Part shown: positions 21,627 to 32,201 of the stretch, in pieces | Position numbering within the stretch: the stretch's first letter is position 1 | Layout: each line of letters opens with the position of its first letter | NCBI GenBank assembly: GCA_946965045.2 | Contig: OX337241.1 | Coordinates: forward strand, 2,542,001 to 2,606,000 | Reading direction: 5' to 3' | DNA from: Epithemia pelagica | Lineage: Eukaryota > Protista > Bacillariophyta | Length of the DNA: 64,000 nucleotides | The notes under the pieces: model-generated | Databases searched by the model: none | What the model was told of the DNA's origin: nothing | The model's input: only the letters and a program-made list of their open reading frames with translations | Program-made: the position numbers and the translations under genes

Positions 21627-22281
21627 GATGCTGATGACCGTCAATCTCTCCGAAAAGGTGACGAGGTTCTTGGTTTCCTTTGCTATGACGTAATGAGAAA
21701 TGAGACCAGAGGCTGAGTGGCCTCTGAGATGGCTCCAGTTCCAGTGAATCGGATATCTCTATCTCCCGGTGCGAGGTCCAGAGTCCAGACTCCAGCCTGA
21801 AGACAACGTCTCACAAATAATTGCGAAAAGCTCAAAATCCAAACACATCCGATTCACTGCAATTAGAGGCATACGAGTACGATCTCAGACCTCAGATGCG
21901 ATGGATTGCGACTGCGACGGAGAAACAAAAAAAATTGTCTCACAAATTAACTCTCAAAATCCAAGCACCGGGAGATAGAGATATCCGATGCACTGGAACT
22001 GGAGCGATCTCAGAGGCCACTCAGCCTCTGGATTCATTTCTCATTACGTCATAGCAAAGGAAACCAAGAACCTCGTCACCTTTTCGGAGAGATTGACGGT
22101 CATCAGCATCATGAAACTTTCTTCTTGTACTCTTGTCTTGGCGACGCTTTGAACACTTAGCCATGGGACTTTTGTTTTGCTTCAAGAGGATCTAAAGGAA
22201 GAGGTACGTTTCCCCAGGGGCAAACATTTCAACACAGCACTCCATTGATCCCGAGTCTTACCGTCCTCTATGATCAGTTTC
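21460..22281. repeat. Long inverted repeat: arms 21460-21772 and 21965-22281, spacer 192 bp
   Basis: The reverse complement of the left arm matches the right arm across promoter, ATG, exon 1 and intron. By eye, 5 mismatches in ~240 bp of promoter plus exon 1, and more divergence in the intron. Confidence 0.93.
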
Positions 22282-22904
22282 ATGCACAGCTTGCAAAACT
22301 TGAACATGATTGACAAGACCGACTCCTTGCTACGAGCCGCCGACTTCCTCCAAGGGGCAAAGATTACTCGGGTGGAAAGAAACAAAAGGGTGACAAGAAT
22401 GGTGGCAAAATGAACCGTTCGGAGTGCAGTCGTGACATTTCGTTTCGATATGGCTCGGGTTTGGCCCTTGCGACTGTCTATTGTCCTGGTTCCTGCATGT
22501 CTGCCGTATTTGATGGACCAAGCGAAACTCATACTTGTGACACGAGCGACAAACGTCAGTCTTGGACAATTCAACCCGTAGCGGGGAGTCCGGCGGTTCA
22601 AATCAAGAGCGATTACACGCATCAGTGCGTCGGTCTAACGGACTGTCGTCCTGGTTTTCCAACGTTTGATGATGAGACACGGCCCCTCGTCGAATCCACC
22701 GCCCTGGACTGTGATGATCCTGACACAGAAATGATCTTCATCAATGGCTTTTTCATGGCATGGAACTGCTGGAAACAAGGTGTAGCGGACTTGTATTTTG
22801 ATCCTTCTGGTGAACTAGAATGTGAACAGGGCATGTTTGATGACGATGGGTTTGGTGGTGGCCTCCTTATGTTTCTTGATCCTTGCGTACTGGACAGTCA
22901 TTAA
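22111..22904 (+). pseudogene. Secreted ricin-B/beta-trefoil-like Cys-rich protein, copy 1; join(22111..22203,22278..22904); nonsense TGA at 22150 and 22311
   Basis: Colinear with the intact paralog at 41984. Motifs CDTSDKRQSWTI, QIKSDYTHQCV, MAWNCWK. Two in-frame TGAs where the 35168 copy has TGT and GGA. Confidence 0.8.
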
Positions 22905-23254
22905 AGAAACTGGAACTCTTTGTCACGCACAGTTATCAGCACTGGCTTGTGACCACGGAAACGTACGTGATGGAAGGAGAATTCCCTGGGGGGTTACTGG
23001 TTGAGCAACCAAGAGTAGGAGGAAATCAGGGTCTATTGGTTCGAGGAGAACTGATACCTTTACATGCAGAAAATAAATGAAACTTCTCGTGAGTATCGAA
23101 TGGTAACAGCCTGTAGTCCAGTTAAAAATGTTCTGTGCCTGTATTGCCCGTCGATCGCTCGACGTTCTCATTTCTCATTGAAAGCGTGTTCTATATTGGA
23201 TGCAACACGATCGAGGACTAATAATAAATATCAGTTCTACGAACGTGATACAGA

Positions 23255-23595
23255 AATATTCGTTCACTTTGTTTAAGTGTCATTCAGCAGTTCGAAGCAG
23301 GAAATCAAAAGGAGTTGGTCAAAACAGAGACAGGTCTGAGATCCCCCGAAATCTACAGAAAACGGAAACAACATGCCTCCGATAAGTTGCACACGTCACG
23401 ACATAAAGTACCACCAGGGTGTATTTTCCCCTGGTTCTCCTTCGAGAACAGAATCTTCCTTCTCCAAAGGTTCACAAAAGGGCATCTCGAAGCCTGGAAG
23501 ACGAAGCAATACGTCTATCGGGCAAATTGAGGTATGTCTCATATGATCGCCGAGTGCGTGGTACGTTTTGATGTTAGGCGAAGAAGTTGGCATAT
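23255..23595 (+). repeat. Dispersed repeat A, copy 2 (includes the last codons and 3' UTR of the Tim17-like gene)
   Basis: See copy 1; homology extends to GTTTTGATGTTAGGCGAAGAAGTTGGCATA. Confidence 0.85.
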
Positions 23596-24557
23596 ATGAA
23601 AGCAATAAGCACGCTCGTACCGAGGACTCGATTGTGCCGAACCAATCGTTTTTCTGAATGGTTCAGAATGTGATGGTAGTAGGGATACAAGACAGCCACA
23701 CCAAACAAGTCGTTGTAGAAGTCCTCTCGACGCCTTATCAATTCCAGTGTTTTGGCGGCACCCCGTTGGACCGCCAAGATGGAACCAAAGTACAAGGCAT
23801 TGCTGGGAACGGCCCACCACCAACCAGCCAGGGGTGGGAGAGGACGAAAGACTTCGCCAACAAAGGCACGCGTATTGGCCGCTGTAGGAAATAGTAACAT
23901 GTTGTCGATGAAACAGTAGACGCAGATTGGCCACCAATCAGTGGTCGTACCAGTCAAGGCGATCATTCAAGACAATAACAGAAAACCAAAACAGGAGAAT
24001 CAATTCACAACGTGTGAGGTCCAAGTGTTGGAAGCTGCTGTGTAACACTGAGCAAGAAGAGGAACTTCTCGTAAAACGTACCTCTGGATTCAGCCGTTCC
24101 AGGAGCAGCAAATGGCGTCACCTGAGAGAAAGGATGTACAGGAAAGACATACAGCAAAGATATGTGATCGGAAAAGAAAAACGAATGAGCATGAATATCG
24201 CATCCCAAAGAGCCCGTGTATTTCATCGGGCGAACAATCGTGAAGCTTTCTGCGCTTTTTGCACCGACATCACCCATAAAAATAGATGCGAACACTTACC
24301 AGTCCCCATACGGCACCATACATACAGCCATGAACGAATTGGTACACCTATAATTGCAGCAGCAAAACATCTGTGTCAGAGCTTTTGATTGAAGGAGGGG
24401 TTTGCTGCATCAGGTATTCGAACATGATGATGATTGTTCTGCTATATGGCCCTTTTGCTTTTGTAGTTGGACGTACCGTTTCGGCCTGTACTGTCTTGAA
24501 GGACTTGAAGGTGACGAATCCTCCACCAACACCACCGGGTCCGTCCCAATTGCTCAT
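23574..24557 (-). CDS. Tim17/Tim22/Tim23-family-like small membrane protein; join(24557..24477,24347..24300,24121..24082,23881..23574), 158 aa
   Basis: Three canonical introns (GTACGT/TAG, GTAAGT/CAG, GTACGT/CAG) give one open frame: MSNWDGPGG...VHGCMYGAVWGL...ALYFGSILAVQRG...ELIRRREDFYNDLFG. The GxxxG TM helix and RxxxDxxN motif are typical of the family. Confidence 0.7.
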
Positions 24558-24652
24558 GGTCGTCACAACCGATAATTTTGTTGGTGACTGGTGAACAAAA
24601 AGATCTTTTTTTTTTACTACGTAGTGCGTTACTATGTTATGGGTGGGTACTC

Positions 24653-27600
24653 CTAAGCGGTGGGGACGCAGAGGAGCGGGGTGATGTCGGTGTCAGGGAA
24701 GAAGTCCGAGAGCGACCGGGGGGAATAGATAGGGGTTACTGGTGCGAAATGTGTGGTTGCCAGATTGGTCAGTTGTGTGGATCGGGTGCGTTGTTTGGAT
24801 GCGTGTTCCTGGAGGGCACTGATTTGTTGATTGGCGTGAATGGCCAAGGAGGAGATGATCGCATGCGACAAGGATGCCCTGGCGAATTGCGAGAGGGAGA
24901 AAATGTTGGCTTCGGGGTATCGGAACTTGTGGTTGTCGTGGATTCGGTCGAAGATGTGTTTCGGAGCATGGGGAAGTTGTTGGTACAGAGCATATGCGGG
25001 GGCATGGGCGGCGCTGCGGGATGGCGATTTACCGAAGTGAGGGTTGGGCCATGGCGGAGGCTCGGCGGTGGAGAATGGATGTGGGTGGCGGTCGGGTGGA
25101 AAAGGAGGTTCTGGGCAAAAGATCCCAGCGACCCCAAGTGGTCGACGGTAAACGGAAGGAGGTAAACTCCATTCCGGTGGAGGTGTGCTGCGGTCTCGAC
25201 GTCCCAACAAAACTTGGATCGTGCGGCCTCTTGATGCGTCCTGGATGCTGCTTGAGCGATGGCTTGGTGGTCGGACGGGGCAAGGGTTGGATCTCGTTGT
25301 TGTGGCGGAGGGACCGTAATATCAATGGCCATGTAGTGGAATGGATCGTTGCTGTGTGGTTGGGACAGCTTGAGTCCAACGTCGGCCGGGCGAATGTTTC
25401 GGTTATGTTCGGGGGCGAGCCCTGGGGGTTCGACGTGGACGTCGTGTGGTCCGTCGACAGTTTTGGCTTTGGGGGCGGTATGTCGGAGCACCGTGTAGAG
25501 GGTGTCGCGAATGGCGTTCGACAGGGCTGTCTTGGAGGCAGCCGTGCAGTGGAACAAGTGGTCACCTTCTGGGTCCAGTTTCCGTCGTGCAGGGCAACGG
25601 CATGTGGTCGTGGTGGTGGTATTGATGGCGTTGGGTGGAAGAAGGGGAATTCGTAGCTTGCGCCGGATGGCTGTGCGAAAGACCGGGTTGTCAAGGCGGA
25701 ATTCGGTGGCTGGGCGAGGCATGTGAAGGGCGGTGCTCGTGATGGGAGAGAGGAGGGATGGGAGCATGGCTGTGTGCTCGGCAGGGGTGATGTCAAAGAG
25801 AGTACCGATGACGTGCTCCTTTAAAATATGGTTTGTTTGTCGATGGTGGGTTGTCCGGTCAAAACGGTCGGGGGCGACGATTGCCTCGTCGGCAAGTTCT
25901 TTGGTGAGTAGGGCCAGGCCTCGGCGGAACTGTGTGAGACGTGGGTCCTCACTATGTTGCCAGTTGTTGAACCATCGGCGATGGGGTGCGGGAATCGGGG
26001 TCTGTTTCGATGTTGCCAGGGAGATCGCCCGTGCGGTTTGGGTGAGCAACCTTGGGTAGGCGGAGGCTGCAGCGTGGTGGTATCCCAGCCCTCCCAATCT
26101 TTGCGGGATTGCCGCTAGAAGGGTTGACATGGCGGGGATGGCGTTGGGTGGGGTGGCGGTGAGTTGGGCTACAAAATCAACAATCAACCGGTCGACCGCG
26201 TCGGTGGTTGGGCTGGACCACAGACTGGTGCGTTGGTCGGGTTTTGGTGGGCTTGAGTGATGTCTGCCGGAAGTAAGTGAAGGATGGCGGGGACCGCAGA
26301 GTATTTGAACAAAATACTTCTGGTTTGGAGGTTGTGCAGTTTGTGGAGGATACTGGTGTCTTTGCGGATTTTCTCCGTTCGGTCACGGATGAATGTCTGT
26401 GCAAAAGTGTGGGAGCCGACGGGCTGGCCCAGAAACCTTGCTCCTGTGGTGATTTCGGCGTCGGCGGGATTGGAGGGGGACAGGGTTGTGAGTACCGCCG
26501 AGAGGCTGTCTCTTGCTGTTGGATGGAGGTCATCCATTGGTGTTCCGCCGTTTGTTGAGGTCAGTATTTTCGTTTTCCCGTAGTTGAGGTCGATCCCGAG
26601 TGGTTTTCCTAACGCTGCGAAATGTTCAATGAACCAGGGCAAGTCTTCTTGGGGTAGACACACGGAGGTGTCATCCATGATGGAGGCTGTGTGGGCCAGT
26701 CCTCCTTGGTTGTCGTTGTGTTTGTGATCTTGTTGTTTCCGCTTGTTTGCTCTTTGGTTTTGCTCGCGGTTGAGTTTTGTTGTCAGATGGAGGAGGACGA
26801 GACAGGCGAATAGGGGGCTCAGGGGGCATCCCTGGGGGAAACCCTCTTCTTGGTCGATTTTCCTTGGCGTGTCGGTTTCGTCGAAGTACCAGGAGTGGGT
26901 GGAAGTTTTGGTTAGCAGATCGTAGAGCGGCAGCAGTGGGGCCGTCGCTTTGTTGTCCGCTAAGATTTGTCGGGCCGCTGTTCGAGAAGTATTGTTGAAC
27001 ATGTTGTGTAAATCCAGCATTATCAGGGCTCGACTTGGTGGTGCTGGGTTGTGTTCGTTGGCGTCGTTTGTTGTTTGTCTGTCGATGTATTCGGTGACAT
27101 CGGCTGCAGTCGTCTGTGCCACGAAGTCGACTCCTCCGGCGACTTGGATCCCATATTGTCCGCCACGCAGCAATAAGGGCGTGATGGTGTCCAAAGTGTG
27201 GACGAGGGCGGCCTTGGCAGCTACTCGTCGTAAAGCGGTCCTGATTCCTATCGGTCTCAGTTTTTTGAGGTTGTTCGGATCCTTGTGCAAGGCAAGGAAG
27301 TAGTTGCTTGATAAGGTTTGTTGGGCCGCCTGTGGGACTTGGCCGGTGATGATGTGTTCCGTGATTGTTTTGATGGTGTGGAAATACGGTCTGGTAGCGT
27401 CGGCGGAGGCCGTGGTCCGGTGGAGGGCCATTGCGGTTACAGCGTCCGTGCATGTTGCGAACGGGCCTGACGCGGTGCCACGCGTCATTTGGTGGAGGGC
27501 CGCTTCGAAGGTGTCGTCTTGGAGTTGCAGCGTCGGTGTTGCTGTCGGTTTGGTGCCCTTGCGGTGCCGGGTGTTTGTCGGTGGGTCCCTCCTTGGTGGG

Positions 27601-28519
27601 AACAGGGTCTGTTTGACTCGTTCTATTCGTTCTGGTGTTAGTGTGGCTGTTGGCATATGCGCGGTCAGTCGTTGATATGCTAACGAGTAATTGCCGAGGT
27701 CGGCGGCTTGTTGTGCTGCTCTGATGGCTGCTGCTGGGGGTTCGTCTGTCGTTTGGGCAGCCCATTGTTGTCGTTTCCGGGCTTGTTTGTCTTTCTTGCG
27801 GGCTTGGGTGTGGTGTTTTGCTGGGAGTGGTTGTGGGTGCCAGGTTGCGCTGAACAGTTCTTGTATTCTCCCTGTTTTGAATAGGGCGAGTCTTGATTTG
27901 AGGGCGTCTGAGTAAGATCGGTGGACCGTGTTTTTGATCGGTGCGAGCAAGAGTGGCTCGGCTAAGATGAGGAGTTTCCAGAAGGGGCTTGCTTCGGTGT
28001 CCCATTGGGGAGGGTTGTCGTCCTTGAGGACAGACGGGTGTAGCTGTGGGGTGGCCTCAATGGCCCAGTTGGCAATGGTGTGGTATGTATGGAAGTATTC
28101 CTTCCTTGTGGGTGCTTTGAGGTGGTGCCATATCGATCGGCGGAATGGTCGTGGTGTTGGTTGTGGAGGAAGTCGAGACTCCTTTTCCAGTTGTTTTGTG
28201 TTTCCGGTGAAGCGTGTCGAAAAACGTTTAACACTAAAGTGATGTTGGTGTTTTTTCTACTATGTTTTGTTGTAATGTGGTTTTGCAGGTGTCCTGCGGA
28301 AGTGTAGATGGTGTCGGTGGTGTCGCATCTGGAGCAGAGGTGGTATCCGTGTTTGGTGCAGTAGGCTTCCGTCATATAGTCGCTTGGTTTTGTTTCTTTG
28401 TGGCTTGTCATTAAATGCTCCTTCAAGGATGCATGTGGTCTGGTGGTTATCGTCGGCACTGTCCAGGTGCAGTTGGGCACCGGGCAGTGTCGTGGTGGGT
28501 GAGTCCGTTGTGGACTCAT
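24653..28519 (-). pseudogene. CRE ORF2 (Zn fingers-RT-CCHC-RLE) with three apparent frameshifts (~28160, ~26230, ~25065)
   Basis: N-terminal CPVPNC..H...H and C..C...H...H fingers (27962-28519), RT (26184-27950 frame, open up to ~28230), RLE (24769-26187) and C-terminus (24653-25210 frame) join into one colinear protein. Confidence 0.8.
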
Positions 28520-31500
28520 TCGGCGCTTTGGCCCATTCTTTCATGCGGGTCCACATGGCCGGTGCGGGTGCCGGCGACGGTGGGAGGGCCCGCCTGAAGC
28601 AACGACTGGGCGTAGTCCCACGCGTCTTGCGCGTCTTGGTCGGTACTGAAGGACCGAATGTTGTGTAAGTATCGCTGGATGTCTGGCAGTCGCGATGGGT
28701 TGTGGGTCCGGACGTAGTTTGCGATGGTTTCCATTTCGTCCGCCGTGGCGCCCGATTGTTGGTTGTCGCTGTCGGTTCCCAAGAGGGGTTGCGAGCCCCC
28801 GTCTGTTGTTTCTCCCTCTTCCTCTGTTTCCATGGCGTCGTCGGAGTCGTTGTCATCGGTGTGGTTGTGGTCCTGGTTGGTGTCGGCCAGTGGGGCGAAT
28901 TGGTTTGTCGTGGCTGGGGGCTTCACGTTGTCGTTGTCGTCGCTGTTGTCGTTTGGTTCGGTGGGTGGTGACCGAAGGTATGGGGAGGCCGCGACGACGT
29001 GTTGCCAGTTGGTTCCGTCGTCATACGGGTCCTCGTTGTCGGACCAAGATTGTGCCGGTTGTTTGTTTGGGGGTGGTGTTCCTGGGGGACTGTTTCGGTT
29101 TCTGGTTTCTCCGGTGGTGTGGGAGTGGTTTTCATCGTCGGGGTCGTCTTCGTTGACGGTTTCTGCCGCCGTCGGCCGTCTGTGCAAGATGCTGTTGGCA
29201 AAAGCCAACAGCCGGTTGGTGTGGCTGTTGGTTGGAGGGTTGTTGTTGTTGTTGTTGTTGTTGCCGCTTGGGCGCGGTGGGCTCGCCGCCACTGCGGCCA
29301 TGGTTGGTAGGAGGATGTTCTCTGGGAAGCCTTGATGTTGGCGGATCGTGGACGCGTTTAGGTGGTGCGTGTCCGCGGTGCGTCTGAGGTAGACGGTGTA
29401 GGATTCGGGATCGGGGTCTCCGTGGGCGTATTCGGGAAAGAGGACGGCAAATTCTTCCATGGCGGCGAGTCGGTCCCAATCGCCGTGGGTCGCTTCGATG
29501 TTGATGGGGCGGAGTCGGATCTTGACACAGGAGTTGTGGAACTGGTCAAGATCCTTCAACGCCTCCAAGGTTGCTGTCCGAGTGGTTTGGGTCTTCGGCA
29601 TGGGTAGGAGTTGGATTCTGTTTTCGCACCAGGTGACGGCTCTGTTGCTGTTGGCGGTTTGTTGGGCGTTGTAGGACCGGATGAGGTTTTCGAAATTGAG
29701 GCGGGATGATGCCGCAATGTATACAACGGGTACTTGGCCGCGTTGTTTTGTCTTGAGTTTGCCGCTAAACGTGCCGGCCCGAAAGCCGATGTGGTCGTGG
29801 AAGTCTGTTATGCTGCGGAGCTTCTCGGGGAGATGCGGGAGGAGTGTTTTCCGGATGGATTCCGCCAGGTCGAGAAAACTGCGACGGTGTTTCATTGCGG
29901 CGGCCGGGATGCCGGCCACGATGCCTTGGGTCTCGCACACTCTGTTGTTGCATGCCGGGAGGTAAATGCTCACTTGATTGAAGCGTGGGTTGACGGTAGG
30001 GTTTGATTGTGGCGTACCGTTGCGCAGGACGCACTGGTCGCCTTGTTCGTTGTACTGGTAATCGTCACGGTGGTGGCGGTGTCAGAGTTGAGTCACGAAC
30101 CGAATGCCTTGTTCATGGAATACCTCGCTGTCGAATTGGTCGTTGGTCGGAGCGGGAGAGAGTGTGGCGTGGAACGAGGAGGTGTGGCCCCTGCCTCTGT
30201 TCTGTTGCTCGCCGTTGTTGTTTTGCCTTTGCGGGGTCCTTGGTCCTTGTTCGGTCTCCAGGAAGTCCACTCGGTGGACTTGCAGCTGCATTGGGTCTTC
30301 GCCTTGTCGCCGGCTGTGGTGGGCGAAGACGTTGTTGAGGTGGTCTTTGATGGCGGTCTCCGTTAAACGGGGGAGCGATGCTTCCACCTGGGGGTTGGAG
30401 TTATGGGCCACCGCCACATGGAGGTGGATGACGATGTTCGGTTCCTCCTTCTTTGGTCTCGGTTTGGTTTTGGTCGTCGTGGCTTTAGCTTGTTTGGGCG
30501 ACCTGTAGGGGTTGAGCATCCGAGTGGTTGGTTCCGTTTTCGGGGCCTCTTCTTCTTCCGTGTGTTCCTGGTGGCTTTCCTGTTCGGTCCATTTGGTTTC
30601 TTCCTCGTTGGTGTTGTCGTTGGTGTCTGCTCCGTTCGGATGGTGGTTATGCTGGTCTGTGTCCCACTGGTGGGCGTTATGGTGGTCGTCGGGGTTGGAT
30701 TCGGTGGTTTGGAGGATGTGGTTGGTCTGTTTTTTCTGGTTTTTGGTTGGGTTTTTGTTCTTTTTCTGGGTGTTTTCGGTGTTGTTCTGGTGGTGGACGG
30801 GTGTGATGGTGACGCTTGGGTGCTGGGTGGGGCTGGACGTGCCTGGGTTGGAGATGGAGGCATGGGTGCCTTGGCTGGTGTTGGGCTGACGGTGGCCACG
30901 GGCAGGGGTGATGGTCTGGCTAGGCTGCAGAGGGGGGAAGTCGTTTCGGTTAGGGGTTCCGGGGCCGGAGGACGTGGCGGCAGTGCGGCGGGGAGGCTGC
31001 TTGCCGTTGGTTGGCTTCGAATGGAGCTGCATGGTTTTGGTGTCTTTCTGGCGGCGGCTTGGGTCTCTGCTGGAGGCTTTGGGCAAGTTCTGGGATTCCC
31101 GAGAAATGGTGAGGGGAAGGAGGACGGGTGTGCCGATGGGATAGTTTCTTGGGGGGTCTTTTGGGTTTGTTCGGAGTCCGACGACGTGGGTTGTGTCCTG
31201 ACGTGGTTGGCTGGGTCTCGAGTGGTATCCATCTCTGTCGTTTGGGTGGGCGGTTTGCGTTGCAACGGTTCTCGTGGCGGTTGGCTTTAGTGTCTTTTTG
31301 TTGTTGTCAGGGGGAGAGTTTTGTTTGGTCGGTTCAGAGGCGACGTGGTATGTCCCTTCGTTGGGCTGGATGACTGTTTGGTGGTTGTTGGCCGAAATTG
31401 GTGTGGGCTTGATGTTTCCTTTGTTGTTTTGGGCTTGGAGTCGGTCTGGCCGCCCTCCGTGGTTGGGCTTGTTGGCTGTGGGGGTGTGGTGTGGACCATG

Positions 31501-31731
31501 GTGGTGTTTGGTTGTGTCTCGGCTTCGCGGATTGCGATTTCGGAGACCAAGGAGTGGTTGCATGACGAGTGGTGGCGTCGCCGTGCGTGGGTCGTGCCTT
31601 TTCGTGACCAGTGGGGGTGCTGGCTTGGCTTTTGGCTGGATCGGTCGTGGGAATGCCATTGGGTGTGGGTTAGAGTCCGAAAAAGCCCATGGCGGGTCCG
31701 CGCTTTCCGCCCAACCGGGCGGGACCGTCAT
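28516..31731 (-). pseudogene. CRE ORF1 (~1070 codons) split by one in-frame TGA at 30084-30082
   Basis: ORFs 30082-31731 and 28516-29973 are in the same frame (36 sense codons lie between the stop and 29973). P/T/N/Q-rich termini with a globular central region. Confidence 0.65.
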
Positions 31732-32201
31732 CTTGCGGGTTCGGTTACAGATGTTCGGACGCTCCGAGTTCGGATGTAGTTGTAATCGGCGTCTTGGTGT
31801 ACTTCAGGCCAATCCTTTAGCTCGCAAAACCAAATCGAGATTGCGTGCACGTCAGCATTTTGCGTCACGTTTACGTCATATATCCGGGTAAAACAGCATT
31901 TCTCTAAGTCAATTTTTTTTGCTCCCCTGCGGGTGAGCGTGTTTGGGGGGCGGAAAAGATAGGGCAGAACCCGCGGCCCAAGGAGACCTTCGGTCGCACG
32001 TTACCTTACCTAGCTCCATACTACCGTCCAACTCGAAACACCCTAAAATGACCACCAGTATTGGAAAACATAGCCAACTCTTTTGAAGGAAGACCACTCT
32101 ATCATTGGCATTAGCTGTATACTCTCTAGTAGAAGAACGACAAACGTCGTTTTGGAAACTGACCGCACATCAAAATTCGCATGTTCATTTCATGCTGCGT
32201 T

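Larger units (their letters stand above)
24606..31900 (-). mobile_element. CRE-clade non-LTR retrotransposon (RT + restriction-like endonuclease), two-ORF, near full length, decayed; 5' boundary approximate
   Basis: 3' poly(A) (T10 at 24606-24615). RT motifs LRPIGI, GGQYGI, LDLHNMFN, GFPQGCPLSP, IMDD, GARFLG. GGLG, CxC..H..C knuckle, RPAD..IDITV, PFTVDHLGSLG. Strong strand-composition skew over the whole span. Confidence 0.88.

Noticed and set aside
21585-22313. In-frame TGAs as selenocysteine (one replaces TGT-Cys)
   Set aside because: The Cys-derived TGA is in a cleaved signal peptide, the other replaces Gly, and I see no SECIS-like hairpin downstream.
25060-28230. Programmed ribosomal frameshifts in CRE ORF2
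   Set aside because: No correctly phased X XXY YYZ heptamer at the junctions I examined (~28160, ~26230), and three shifts plus a nonsense codon indicate decay or indel errors.
24578-31891. Numerous long plus-strand ORFs across the CRE element (e.g. 30403-31290, 28724-29335)
   Set aside because: Antisense shadows of C/A-rich coding sequence; G/V/W-rich with no motifs.
31740-32000. Target-site duplication for the CRE insertion
   Set aside because: No match to the AACAAAAAGATC flank at 24594-24605 was found, so the 5' boundary remains approximate.
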